This document shows positions 20,023 to 29,762 of a stretch of 64,000 bases of DNA, piece after piece. This DNA comes from Phycisphaeraceae bacterium (GTDB lineage: Bacteria; Planctomycetota; Phycisphaerae; Phycisphaerales; Phycisphaeraceae). A program made the position numbers and the translations under genes. Each line of letters opens with the position of its first letter. Positions within the stretch are counted from its first letter, which is position 1. Where the stretch lies: contig JBGTLW010000341.1 of NCBI GenBank assembly GCA_041743835.1, forward strand, positions 707-64,706, given 5' to 3'. The notes under the pieces were generated by a model. The model saw only the letters and a list, made by a program, of their open reading frames with translations, did not search any database and was not told the DNA's origin.

Positions 20023-21003
20023 ATGAACATCCTCATCACCGGCGGGGCTGGCTTCGTCGGCTCCAACCTCGCACGAACGCTGCAAACAGATCGCCCAGAC
20101 GCCCGCCTCCTGATCGTGGACGACATGCGCGTGGGCACCTTTGCCAACCTCTCCATCGAGGGGCCAAACGGCTGGTCGTACCGCGGCGACCTGATCGCCC
20201 GGCCGCTGCATGAGTTGGACCTTACACAGTTGCTCGATGCGTTTGAGCCGGACGTGGTGTATCACGAGGCATCGATCACGGACACGACCGTGGACGACGA
20301 GGCGCAGATGATCGCGGAGAACGTCGAGCCGTTTGAAACGCTGCTCGATGACTGCGTGAGCCGTGGCATTCGGCTTGTGTGGGCAAGCTCTGCCGCGACC
20401 TACGGCACGACCGCCAACGGCAAGACCGCCGCGAGACAGCCCTTCTGCCTCGACGACGCGGGCAGGCCAGCCAACGTCTATGGCTTCTCCAAGTGGGTCA
20501 TGGAGAACCTCCACCGAGCCAAGCTCCACCAGCACCCCGACGCCCACGTGGTCGGTCTCCGCTACTTCAACGTCTTCGGGCCCGGCGAACAGAACAAGGG
20601 CAAGATGGCGTCCATGATCTATCAGCTCGCGCTACAGATGATGCAGGGCAAACGCCCACGCATCTTCACCCCGGGCGACCAGGCCCGCGACCAGATTTAC
20701 GTCAAGGATGTCGTCGGCTGCACGATCGCCGGTGCCGCCCCAGGCAGCAAGTCGGGCATTTACAACTGCGGCACGGGCGAGGCGACCAGCTTCAATCAGA
20801 TCGTGGCCGCGCTCAACGAGGCACTGCGCACGTCGCTGGAGCCGGACTACATCAGCAACCCGTACACGTTCTATCAGGACTACACCTGCGCCGACCTGTC
20901 GCAGACCAAGGCCGGGCTGAACTGGAAGCCAGCCTACACCACCCACGACGCGATCGTGGAATACGCGAAGCTGCTCCGCGACCAGCAGGGTCGCACCGCT
21001 TAG
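20023..21003 (+). CDS. hldD: ADP-L-glycero-D-manno-heptose 6-epimerase (NAD-dependent epimerase)
   Basis: It has MNILITGGAGFVGSNL (Rossmann fold), SSAATYG, NVYGFSK (the YxxxK motif) and RYFNVFGPGEQNKGKMASMIYQL, which closely follows the HldD/RfaD-specific pattern. Confidence 0.75.
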   Translation: MNILITGGAGFVGSNLARTLQTDRPDARLLIVDDMRVGTFANLSIEGPNGWSYRGDLIARPLHELDLTQLLDAFEPDVVYHEASITDTTVDDEAQMIAENVEPFETLLDDCVSRGIRLVWASSAATYGTTANGKTAARQPFCLDDAGRPANVYGFSKWVMENLHRAKLHQHPDAHVVGLRYFNVFGPGEQNKGKMASMIYQLALQMMQGKRPRIFTPGDQARDQIYVKDVVGCTIAGAAPGSKSGIYNCGTGEATSFNQIVAALNEALRTSLEPDYISNPYTFYQDYTCADLSQTKAGLNWKPAYTTHDAIVEYAKLLRDQQGRTA

Positions 21004-21083
21004 CTGATGTGCCTCGCGTGCGGCGACGTAGGGTCAATAGCCACGCAATCCGCTGGCAGCATGCATGAACTGGTGGGGCATGG

Positions 21084-21869
21084 ATGGAAAGGCAAACAAC
21101 GCACACCGTCGTGCCGCCGCCCGCAATGATCGTGATCGATCAGGACGGCCGGATCGACGCGGACCTGCCCTGCTTTGCATGTGGATACAACCTGCGCACG
21201 CTCAAGCCGCATGCCACGTGCCCCGAGTGCGGGCACGCGGTCGAGCACACGCTGAGCACGGACAACGCTTTGCTGATGCCGCCCTTCTGGCTCGGGCAGG
21301 TGTTCTGGGGTTCGGTGTGCTTCGCGATGGCCTGGCCGCTGATGCTGTTGTGCGGGTTCGGTGTCATTCCGATGCTGGTGGGCATCCTGTGCTTCTCCGA
21401 GGACGCGCCGTCGGATCAGTTCCGGGTCAAGCACCTGCAGGAATGGGCGCTGTGGCCATTGCTCGGCGCGGGTATGATGCTTGGTTTGATCTTCGCGCTT
21501 GTTGGCACACCTTGGTTGTCACAGTTGGCGTTTGTGTGCATGGTGATGCTGGTGACGACCTCGCTGGTGACAAGCCATCTTATCGCCAGCAAGACCGCGC
21601 GTGCGGCGCGGATGTTCCGGTTCCAACGCGCTGCGTTGGTGATGGCGATTCTCACTGCAGTTATCCCTTTCGGCCTGCCATTGGCCATGGTCGCAGTGCT
21701 TTACCTCGCGGAGTGGCCGCGGTTGATCCGCGGCGCCTTCAGTATCGGGTTGGCGTTGATGATCGGATACCTCCTGCTGGAGATCGCGTTCTGGGCGACT
21801 TTCGCAAATGCGATGCGGCGCGTTCGCATTACGGCACTTGGTTTCAGCGAGTCGCGTGGCGGCAACTGA
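21084..21869 (+). CDS. Multi-pass membrane protein with N-terminal CxxC..CxxC zinc-ribbon-like motif
   Basis: 261 aa with an ATG start. The CFACGYNLRTLKPHATCPECGH motif is followed by about 6 hydrophobic helices. I recognise no assigned family. Confidence 0.55.
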   Translation: MERQTTHTVVPPPAMIVIDQDGRIDADLPCFACGYNLRTLKPHATCPECGHAVEHTLSTDNALLMPPFWLGQVFWGSVCFAMAWPLMLLCGFGVIPMLVGILCFSEDAPSDQFRVKHLQEWALWPLLGAGMMLGLIFALVGTPWLSQLAFVCMVMLVTTSLVTSHLIASKTARAARMFRFQRAALVMAILTAVIPFGLPLAMVAVLYLAEWPRLIRGAFSIGLALMIGYLLLEIAFWATFANAMRRVRITALGFSESRGGN

Positions 21870-22153
21870 CGCAGGGTGGAGATGGCCGTGAAGTTTCACC
21901 GATTCCCTATGGCCCGCTCACATTTAGCGGGTATAATAACGGCGACAAGTGAAGAGGGCTTCCGGTTCGCGAGGCCGGCTTCAGGGCCTGTATTGCCTCG
22001 AACCTTTCGAACCCAATAGGGAGCGGGATCGGGCGCGACGGCAATGCCTCCTCTGAGTGGACTGCCAGGATGTCCCGGCGAAGCACCCACTTCAATGTTG
22101 GGTTCGAGCCAATCGCCTCGTTGACTCGGCCCGCGAACCAGAAGCCCTCACCC

Positions 22154-22220
22154 CCGGAACCGGCCACCCCGGAACCGGCCACCGGAACCCGGAACTGCCT
22201 CCCGGAACCGCCCCCGGAAG
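22154..22220. repeat. Cluster of six CCGGAA(C/G) heptamers, including two perfect tandem 15-mers CCGGAACCGGCCACC
   Basis: Read directly. The heptamers start at 22154, 22169, 22182, 22189, 22202 and 22214. The cluster lies about 100-160 nt upstream of the cysE ATG, in a 447-bp non-coding gap. Confidence 0.7.
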
Positions 22221-22316
22221 GACGACATAAACCGCCTGTCGTTCCCCGGTTTCGCTTCCCGTTCGTTTCGAGGAACGTGCATTCACCACGACAGGTGAAC
22301 CGGCTACCATACCCGT

Positions 22317-23270
22317 ATGACGGCCCCTCAACAGAACCACCCGCCAGCCGACGCCCTCATCGAGGAGTTGGTCGATGCCCTGGTCGCCAGCTACCACAGC
22401 GACAAACGCACCCAGCACCTGGATGCGACCTTCCTCCCCTCGCGCGCCCGCACCATCGAGATACTCGAAACGCTGCGTCAGCTTGTCTTCCCAGGCTTCT
22501 TCGATGACAACCGCGTCACCAGCGCCAACGTCAAGTTCCATACGGGAGAACTGCTGGGCCGGGTCCACGCCATGCTGGAAGACCAGGTCCGCCAATCGCT
22601 GCGCTACCGGCTCAACCGGCAGAGCGGCAACGGCGAGGGCGACAACTGCCAGAACTGCGACCAGCAGGCCACGCAGATCACCGAGACCTTCCTCCGTAGC
22701 CTGCCCCACATCCGCGAACTCCTGGCCCACGACGTGCAGGCGGCGTTCGACGGCGACCCCGCAGCCAAGCACCCCGACGAGACCATCTTCTGCTACCCCG
22801 GCGTCGATGCCATCTTCATCCATCGCATCGCGCACAAGCTCTACGAGTTGGATGTCCCGATGATGCCACGCATCATGAGCGAGTACGCCCACAACGAGAC
22901 GGGCATCGACATCCACCCAGGCGCGACCATCGGCCAGAGCTTCTTCATCGACCACGGCACTGGCGTCGTCATCGGCGAGACGGTCGAGATCGGCCAGCGC
23001 GTGAAGATCTACCAGGGCGTCACCCTCGGCGCGCTATCCACCAAGGGCGGACAAGCGTGGCGGGGCAGGAAGCGCCACCCAACCATCGAGGATGATGTCA
23101 CCATCTACGGCGGGGCGATCATCCTCGGCGGGGGAACCACCATCCACCGCGGCGCAACCATCGGCGGGTCCGTCTTCATCACCAGCTCCATCCCCGCGGA
23201 ACACACCGTCACCGGGGCCGGCTCAGAGTTCAAGATCACCCCGCCCAAGGCCTCCAGAAACTCGGCCTGA
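22317..23270 (+). CDS. cysE: Serine O-acetyltransferase (long form)
   Basis: It has left-handed beta-helix hexapeptide repeats: GIDIHPGATIGQSFFIDHGTGVVIGETVEIGQRVKIYQGVTLGA..PTIEDDVTIYGGAIILGG. Confidence 0.85.
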   Translation: MTAPQQNHPPADALIEELVDALVASYHSDKRTQHLDATFLPSRARTIEILETLRQLVFPGFFDDNRVTSANVKFHTGELLGRVHAMLEDQVRQSLRYRLNRQSGNGEGDNCQNCDQQATQITETFLRSLPHIRELLAHDVQAAFDGDPAAKHPDETIFCYPGVDAIFIHRIAHKLYELDVPMMPRIMSEYAHNETGIDIHPGATIGQSFFIDHGTGVVIGETVEIGQRVKIYQGVTLGALSTKGGQAWRGRKRHPTIEDDVTIYGGAIILGGGTTIHRGATIGGSVFITSSIPAEHTVTGAGSEFKITPPKASRNSA

Positions 23271-23308
23271 AAGCCGGGAAGTGGAAGCGCTCCAATCTTC
23301 CCCACACC

Positions 23309-24229
23309 ATGCCTGACCCGATCGCACCATCCGCTCATGCTTTGATCGTGGGCTGTGGTTATCTCGGCCGCGTGTTGGCGCGGCAACTGATCGCGGCGCA
23401 ATACGTCGTGTTTGGCACAACCCGCAGCGACAGGAAGGCTGCGGACCTCGCGGGCCTTGGGGTTCGGCCGATGATCGTGCAGGTGACGTCCCCGGTCACC
23501 TTTGCCGCGCTCCGACCCGCGCTGGAGGTGCCCGCGCTGGATGTGTACTACATGGTCCCGCCCGGCCGACCCGACAGCGACCCATCGCCCCGCAAAGTCG
23601 TGATCGGCGGCATCGCGCACATGGTGAAGCAGCTCCGTCACGCACAGGTCCGACGCGCGGTGCTCGTGTCGCCCACCGCGGTGTACGCCCAGCGTGGCGG
23701 GCAGCGTGTGGACGCGGAATCACCGGCCGAACCGCGCGACGAGCGGTGCAGACTCCTGCTGCAAGGCGAACAGCTCTGGATGGACGCGGGGGAGCGGTAT
23801 CACGTCGCGCGGCTCGCGGGGCTTTATGGCCCGGGGCGGGTCATCGGGCTTGCGGGTGTGCAGCAAGGCTCGCCACTGGTAGGCGACCCGGCCGCGCTGC
23901 TCAATCTGATTCACGTGGAGGATGCCGCTTCCCTGCTGCGGGCGATCACACAGGCCGAGCAACCGGGTCGGATCGAACTGGGCTGTGATGGCCACCCGAT
24001 CCCCCGCCAGGATTATTACACGCACCTTGCCCGGCTGATCGGGGTTGATCCGCCTGTCCACCTGGACACGCAGTCTGCCGCCGCCAGCCTGGGTCTCAAT
24101 GCGTTGCGCCTTCGCAACGCCTCATCCAAGGCCTTGGACAACATCCCCACCTGCCGCCGAACCGGCTGGACCCCCCGCTACCCTACCTACAAGCTCGGCG
24201 TCGAAGCCGCCATCGCCGCGTCACGGTGA
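23309..24229 (+). CDS. NAD(P)-binding Rossmann-fold oxidoreductase (atypical SDR / epimerase-like)
   Basis: It has ALIVGCGYLGRVLARQLIAAQYVVFGTTRS (a dinucleotide-binding motif), then VLVSPTAVY and HVEDAASLL. The substrate is unknown. Confidence 0.65.
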   Translation: MPDPIAPSAHALIVGCGYLGRVLARQLIAAQYVVFGTTRSDRKAADLAGLGVRPMIVQVTSPVTFAALRPALEVPALDVYYMVPPGRPDSDPSPRKVVIGGIAHMVKQLRHAQVRRAVLVSPTAVYAQRGGQRVDAESPAEPRDERCRLLLQGEQLWMDAGERYHVARLAGLYGPGRVIGLAGVQQGSPLVGDPAALLNLIHVEDAASLLRAITQAEQPGRIELGCDGHPIPRQDYYTHLARLIGVDPPVHLDTQSAAASLGLNALRLRNASSKALDNIPTCRRTGWTPRYPTYKLGVEAAIAASR

Positions 24230-24259
24230 ATCAACACGCCGCTACTCTGGGAGACAAAC

Positions 24260-25261
24260 ATGGGACACAGCCTGCTTCTTTGGAAGGCGGACCCCGCAAT
24301 GCACGCGCTCGATCCGCAGTCGATCGCCAACGAGTTGCAACACGACCGCTCGCCACAAGGGATCACCCGTTTCGACATCACCGGCTTTCTCGATCAATGT
24401 GCGTTGCAACTTGAAGAAGACGCCGAGGGCCTGGAGGAGCGGCTAATCCCCGAACCTATCGATTTTGGCGGCTACCCCGCCAACTGGCTTAGCCTCAGCC
24501 TCGCCTACAGCGACGATCTAGCGTTGAGCGTTGTCAGCCGACTGGCCCATGATGCCGCCCTGACACTGTTCAGCACCGACACGATGACCACCGTCCCACC
24601 GCTCGAACCGCCACGCCCACCAGCAGAGAACAAGCCTGACAGCTTCGCGTGGCTGGTTAAACACTGGCTGGAGCCGGTCTGCATCAAGCACCGCTTCACA
24701 AAACGCCAGAAGTACCGATACGAGCATCACACCAAAGACCGAATCCTGCGTGCGTCATTTACCGCGTGCATCGGGTGGTTGCAACCGTGGGTCAGCGTCG
24801 GATTCCGCTCGCTCAACCGGATCGATCAGCAGCGCCGAGATTTCATCCGTGACGCCACGCCATGCGCTCCAGACTTCTGCCACCTCCATCGTTTTGCGGC
24901 TGACTACCTTCCGGATTCAGACACCGACTCCACCAGTTACTTCTTCATGCATGATGAGGACCAGTTGCCCAGCCTGGGCCGAACCATCGCCGAGCAACTG
25001 GACCGGGCGATCGCTCTCGCAGACCAGCGGTTCCAAACGGTCGCCGACCTTGCCGCCTACTGGGAGGAAGATCAGGACCAACACTGGGACCACTTAGCCC
25101 TCGCGTACACGGCCGCGGGCGATCTGGGCCAAGCGCTGCGCCTGCTGTCCGGGCAGACAAGCCGCCTCGACGCCCAACGCCAAAAGCGCGATACCCCTCG
25201 CGTCCGGTCGCATCTGATCGACATCAAGTGGCTCCGCCGATTCCTCGAAACACTAGGCTGA
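24260..25261 (+). CDS. Hypothetical cytoplasmic protein (333 aa)
   Basis: ATG start with GGGAG 6 nt upstream. It has no signal peptide or TM helix, and I recognise no motif. Its stop TGA overlaps an ATG of the following helicase (TGATG). Confidence 0.55.
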   Translation: MGHSLLLWKADPAMHALDPQSIANELQHDRSPQGITRFDITGFLDQCALQLEEDAEGLEERLIPEPIDFGGYPANWLSLSLAYSDDLALSVVSRLAHDAALTLFSTDTMTTVPPLEPPRPPAENKPDSFAWLVKHWLEPVCIKHRFTKRQKYRYEHHTKDRILRASFTACIGWLQPWVSVGFRSLNRIDQQRRDFIRDATPCAPDFCHLHRFAADYLPDSDTDSTSYFFMHDEDQLPSLGRTIAEQLDRAIALADQRFQTVADLAAYWEEDQDQHWDHLALAYTAAGDLGQALRLLSGQTSRLDAQRQKRDTPRVRSHLIDIKWLRRFLETLG

Positions 25262-27540
25262 TGCCGTCTGTTAAACTCGGCCCAATGTCCCAGCCCGCGA
25301 AGATCGATCCCCTGCTTGAAGGCCTGACCGAGCCACAGGTCCAGGCTGTGACCCATACGGACGGCCCGCTGCTTGTGCTGGCCGGGCCGGGCTCGGGCAA
25401 GACGCGGGTAATCACCCGCCGGGCTGCGCATCTGGTGCTGCGTTCGGGCATCCCGCCGTGGAACGTGCTGTGCATCACCTTCACAAACAAGGCAGCCGGG
25501 GAGATGCGCGACCGCATGGGCCAGCTCCTGTCCGAGCGTCAGGCAAGGGCGATGACGCTGGCGACCTTCCACGCGCTTTGTGCCCGGCTGCTGCGCCAGT
25601 ATGCCGACCGGATGGACCTGCCCCCGGGCTACTCGATCTACGACACGGCCGACCAGAAGCGGCTGATGACCGAGTGCCTTAAGGACCTGGAGATCAACAG
25701 CAAGAACTTCCCGCCCTCGGCCATGCTCAGCTCCATCTCCAACGCGAAGAACGAGCTGATGGGTCCCGACGAATTCGCCCAGCTCGCCTCGGACTTTTAC
25801 AAGCGCACCGTCGCCAAGGTTTACACCAAGTACCAGCAGATGCTCACTCGGCACAACGCGCTGGATTTCGACGACCTGTTGATGAAGACCGTCCACCTGA
25901 TGGGCTCGGACAAGGATGCGCTGGCGGAGCTCCGCGAGCGGTACCAGTACCTCATGATCGACGAGTACCAGGACACCAACCACGCCCAGTTCATGATCGC
26001 CAACGCGCTCGCGGCCCAGCACACCAACATCTGCGCAACCGGCGACCCGGACCAGTCGATCTACGGCTGGCGTGGCGCGAACATCCGCAACATCCTAGAG
26101 TTCGAGACCCACTACCCCAACGCCCTGACGGTGCGGCTGGAACAGAACTACCGCTCGACCAAGCGCATCCTGGCCGCGGCCGACGCGCTGATCCAGAAGA
26201 ACCGCGCCCGCAAGCACAAGGCCCTATTCACCCTCAACGACGAGGGCGAGCCGGTCCGCGTGGTCGAATGCAACGACGAACGCCATGAGGCGGCCTGGCT
26301 CACGCAGCAGTACCAGACGCTGCACGACGACCAGGGCATCGCGTGGAGCGATATGGCGATCTTCTACAGGATCAACTCGCTATCGCGCGTGATCGAGGAC
26401 ACGCTGCGTAACGCGGGCGTGCCGTACCAGATCGCACGAGGCACCGCGTTTTATGACCGCAAGGAGATCAAGGACGCGGTGTCCTACCTCCGCGCGATCG
26501 CCAACCCAACCGATGAAATCAACCTCTACCGCATCATCAACACACCAGCGCGCGGCATCAGCACCACCACCATCAAGGCGATGCAGGCCTACACCCTGGC
26601 GCACAACACCCCGGTGGACCACCTGCTGGAAAACCCCGCGATGGTGACCGCGATGAACGCCCGCGCGGACGTGGCGGTGGCGAGGTTCGGCAAGTTGCTC
26701 TGGGCCTGGCGGGACCGCTTGAATGATCACACAGCCGACGCGCTGAGCCTCCGCGGGTTTGTCGAGTTGGTGCTCCGCGAATCGGGGCTGGAAACGTACT
26801 ACCGAAACGACAAGTCGGACCCGGACTCTGAACGCCTGGCCAACCTCGGCGAGCTTGTGACCAGCGCCCAGCAGTTTGAGGAGGAGTACGTCTTCGAGCA
26901 GGAAGTCGAGGGTGACGGCCACACGCCGGGGCTGGCGGAACGGCTGCTGGCGTTCCTCGAACGCATCGCGCTTGTCGCGGATGTGGACAGCGTGGACAAC
27001 AGCCAGGGCTCGGTGACGCTGATGACACTGCACGCCGCGAAGGGTCTGGAGTACCCCGTCGTCGGAATGATCGGCGTGGAGGACGGGCTGCTGCCCCACG
27101 ACCGGGCCAACAGCGACCCCAACGAGTTGGAAGAGGAGAGGCGGCTGTGCTTCGTGGGCATCACGCGGGCCGAGCGCCTGCTGTACATGACCCACGCGCG
27201 GTACCGCACGGTGTTTGGTCAGACCCAGCCGACGATCCCCAGCCGGTTCTTCAAGGAGATGCCGCGTGGCGAGGTGTTGGAGTTCATCGAGGCGGATGAG
27301 GGGCCGGGGCTGTTCGAGGGCGACGACTACGACCCCGAGCACAACACGCAGCGGACCCTCGCCAGGAAGCAGGCCGGGCTATACCCGACCGGCACACTGG
27401 TGCGTCACCCGCAGTTCGGGCTGGGGCGTGTGGTGACGGTCCAGCCGATGGGTGCGCACACCCGCGCCCGCATCGCATTCAACACGGCCGGGACCAAGAC
27501 GCTGATCCTGCAATACGCCCGGCTCGAACGGGTCGAGTGA
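25261..27540 (+). CDS. pcrA: ATP-dependent DNA helicase PcrA/UvrD (SF1)
   Basis: It has LTEPQVQAVTHTDGPLLVLAGPGSGKTRVIT (Walker A), LMIDEYQDTN (motif II), YRS, LMTLHAAKGLEYPVV and CFVGITRA. The start is ATG 25261 or ATG 25285; the track start at 25228 is a GTG. Confidence 0.9.
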   Translation: MPSVKLGPMSQPAKIDPLLEGLTEPQVQAVTHTDGPLLVLAGPGSGKTRVITRRAAHLVLRSGIPPWNVLCITFTNKAAGEMRDRMGQLLSERQARAMTLATFHALCARLLRQYADRMDLPPGYSIYDTADQKRLMTECLKDLEINSKNFPPSAMLSSISNAKNELMGPDEFAQLASDFYKRTVAKVYTKYQQMLTRHNALDFDDLLMKTVHLMGSDKDALAELRERYQYLMIDEYQDTNHAQFMIANALAAQHTNICATGDPDQSIYGWRGANIRNILEFETHYPNALTVRLEQNYRSTKRILAAADALIQKNRARKHKALFTLNDEGEPVRVVECNDERHEAAWLTQQYQTLHDDQGIAWSDMAIFYRINSLSRVIEDTLRNAGVPYQIARGTAFYDRKEIKDAVSYLRAIANPTDEINLYRIINTPARGISTTTIKAMQAYTLAHNTPVDHLLENPAMVTAMNARADVAVARFGKLLWAWRDRLNDHTADALSLRGFVELVLRESGLETYYRNDKSDPDSERLANLGELVTSAQQFEEEYVFEQEVEGDGHTPGLAERLLAFLERIALVADVDSVDNSQGSVTLMTLHAAKGLEYPVVGMIGVEDGLLPHDRANSDPNELEEERRLCFVGITRAERLLYMTHARYRTVFGQTQPTIPSRFFKEMPRGEVLEFIEADEGPGLFEGDDYDPEHNTQRTLARKQAGLYPTGTLVRHPQFGLGRVVTVQPMGAHTRARIAFNTAGTKTLILQYARLERVE

Positions 27541-27619
27541 CCGCCCCCCTCCCCGTTAACCCCACGACATGGGCGGCCGACGCGGGACATCTGCGCCGCG
27601 AACGGGTTACACTTTGCCC

Positions 27620-28297
27620 ATGCTCAGGACCCGGATCAAGATCTGTGGGGTGAGGGACACCGCGACCGCGCTGACCGCGGCGGGGGCGGGCGCGGATGCG
27701 GTCGGCCTGGTGTTCGTCGAGCAAAGCCCACGGCATGTGAGTGTGGACACCGCCTCGGCCATCGTGGCTGCGCTGCCTGCACTTGTCGAGCCTGTCGGGC
27801 TGTTCGCCGACGCGCCGCTGGTTCATGTCCAGAACACCGCGCTCCGCGTGGGGCTGCGGACGCTGCAACTGCACGGGCGTGAAGAGCCGTTCTACCTGCA
27901 ACGACTCGCTTCGTTCCGCATCATCAAGGCCCTGCCGTTCGACCCCGCGACCATCGAGTTCGATTTGCAACCGTACCGCGAGGTCGGCCCACCGCTGGCG
28001 GCGATCCTGCTGGACACGCCACCCAAGCCCGAAGCGGTGATCCCCGGCGGGTCCGGGGTTCGCTTTGATTGGGATGCGCTGGGCCGGCTCACAGCCGAGG
28101 GGCTGTTCGATGACCTGCCGCCCATTATCCTTGCGGGCGGGCTTACCCCGGACAACGTGGCGGAAGCGGTCCGCAAGGCCCAACCGTATGCTGTGGATGT
28201 GTCCAGCGGCGTGGAGTCGGAGCGCGGAATCAAAGACCCCGCTAAAATCACCACCTTCTGCCGAGCCGTGCGCCATGCGGACTCGCGCAAACCTTGA
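27620..28297 (+). CDS. trpF: Phosphoribosylanthranilate isomerase
   Basis: It has MLRTRIKICGVRD..ADAVGLVF..LQLHGRE..ILLD..GGSGVRFDW..ILAGGLTPDNV..VDVSSGVE. I chose ATG 27620 over the longer track ORF. Confidence 0.85.
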   Translation: MLRTRIKICGVRDTATALTAAGAGADAVGLVFVEQSPRHVSVDTASAIVAALPALVEPVGLFADAPLVHVQNTALRVGLRTLQLHGREEPFYLQRLASFRIIKALPFDPATIEFDLQPYREVGPPLAAILLDTPPKPEAVIPGGSGVRFDWDALGRLTAEGLFDDLPPIILAGGLTPDNVAEAVRKAQPYAVDVSSGVESERGIKDPAKITTFCRAVRHADSRKP

Positions 28298-28344
28298 TAG
28301 CCTGACCCCCGACCCACAAACTTCAACCTCAGCCGTTCAACACT

Positions 28345-29316
28345 ATGCCCCGTGTCCTCTCCGGCATCCAACCTTCGAGCAACCTGCACCTTGGCAACTA
28401 TGCCGGGGCGATCCGCCAATTCATCGACATGCAGCACGACTGCGAGATGTTTATTTTCGTTGCGTCGTACCACGCGCTGACCTCACTGCAGAATGCCGAG
28501 GCGCTGCGGGCCAACACACGGCAGGTGGTGACCGACTATCTGGCCTTCGGCCTCGACCCCGCGAAGGTGAATATCTACCGCCAACAGGATGTACCCGAAG
28601 TCACCGAGCTTTGCTGGCTGCTCGGCTGCGTCTGCCCCAAGAGCCAGATGGACAAGCAGGTTGCGTTCAAGGACAAGGTCGCGCGTGGTGTCAGCGCATC
28701 GATCGGGCTGTACATCTACCCCATCTTGCAGGCGGCCGACATCCTCGCGGTCGATCCGGATTTCGTGCCGGTCGGACAGGACCAGAAGCAGAACATCGAG
28801 ATCGCCCGCGACCTGGCGCAGCGTTTCAATCACGCGTTTAACGCTGACGTTTTCAAGGTACCCGAAGGCCGGTACAAGGCTGAAGCCGGCCTACTGCCCG
28901 GACTCGACGGGCAGAAAATGTCGTCGAGCTATGGCAACTATATCGACCCATTCCTGCCTGAGAAGCAGCTCCGCAAGACGGTCATGAAGATCGTCACCGA
29001 CCCAACTCCGATGGAAGACCCGAAAGACCCCGACGCCGACACGACGTTCCAGATTTTTCGGGCTGTGGCCGGGGCCGACGATCCGCGCACGACCGAATTG
29101 GCTGCACAGTACCGGGCCGGGAACTTCGGCTACGGCCACGCCAAGCAGGCGCTCTTCGAGTTGCTGCTCGACCACTTCGCAGACGCCCGCAAGAAGCGAG
29201 AAGCGTTGATCGCCGATCCGGGGTACGTGGACAAGGTGCTGGCAGACGGCGCCGCCGCCGCACGTGAAGTGGCACGAGCCGTGACGGATCGAGCGCGGAA
29301 GGCGGTGGGGTTGTAA
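28345..29316 (+). CDS. trpS: Tryptophan--tRNA ligase
   Basis: It has SGIQPSSNLHLGNYAGA (the HIGH-type motif), PVGQDQKQNIEIARD and KMSSSYGN (the KMSKS-type motif). Confidence 0.95.
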   Translation: MPRVLSGIQPSSNLHLGNYAGAIRQFIDMQHDCEMFIFVASYHALTSLQNAEALRANTRQVVTDYLAFGLDPAKVNIYRQQDVPEVTELCWLLGCVCPKSQMDKQVAFKDKVARGVSASIGLYIYPILQAADILAVDPDFVPVGQDQKQNIEIARDLAQRFNHAFNADVFKVPEGRYKAEAGLLPGLDGQKMSSSYGNYIDPFLPEKQLRKTVMKIVTDPTPMEDPKDPDADTTFQIFRAVAGADDPRTTELAAQYRAGNFGYGHAKQALFELLLDHFADARKKREALIADPGYVDKVLADGAAAAREVARAVTDRARKAVGL

Positions 29317-29353
29317 ATCAATCGCGCCACTGCGTGCAACCTGAGATGATGAA

Positions 29354-29743
29354 ATGCCAGACTATCGAGCAATTAACTCAAGTCTACAGGCCAAGACAAC
29401 GCGGATTCTCCATGAGACCATGGGAGAATATGCCACAGTTCTGATCGCCACGGGGATTGATCAACAAGTCGTCACGTCGATTGCAGCAGCCCTCGGCGAT
29501 CGTCTTGCCGACAAACCCGCGAGGGACGTAGGGTTTCATCTCACCGACTGGATGCATGACAATGCGTTTTTGATCGCACTGCATCTTCGTCCCAACGATT
29601 TTACGCCGGCGGAAGTTCGCGCGGGTGTTACCCAATTCCTGATCCATGCCCCCAATCATCTGGCCGCCGCAGCGAAAATCATCGGGCATCCGGTTGCGGA
29701 TGTCTTCAACGTCGGTGCCCTCGATGGTGACAGCGGCGAGTAG
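29354..29743 (+). CDS. Hypothetical protein (129 aa) in low-GC islet
   Basis: ATG start with a helical, protein-like translation (VLIATGIDQQVVTSIAAALGDRLADKP..). An antisense ORF (29384-29758) also exists but looks less protein-like. I recognise no family. Confidence 0.45.
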   Translation: MPDYRAINSSLQAKTTRILHETMGEYATVLIATGIDQQVVTSIAAALGDRLADKPARDVGFHLTDWMHDNAFLIALHLRPNDFTPAEVRAGVTQFLIHAPNHLAAAAKIIGHPVADVFNVGALDGDSGE

Positions 29744-29762
29744 GGACCCCAGTGCCATAGGC

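Noticed and set aside
21896-22182. Two small minus-strand ORFs (64 and 91 aa) and a 145-aa plus-strand ORF in the cysE upstream gap
   Set aside because: They are mutually overlapping, lack an RBS, have proline/glycine-rich low-complexity translations and span the CCGGAAC repeat cluster. I treat the region as non-coding.
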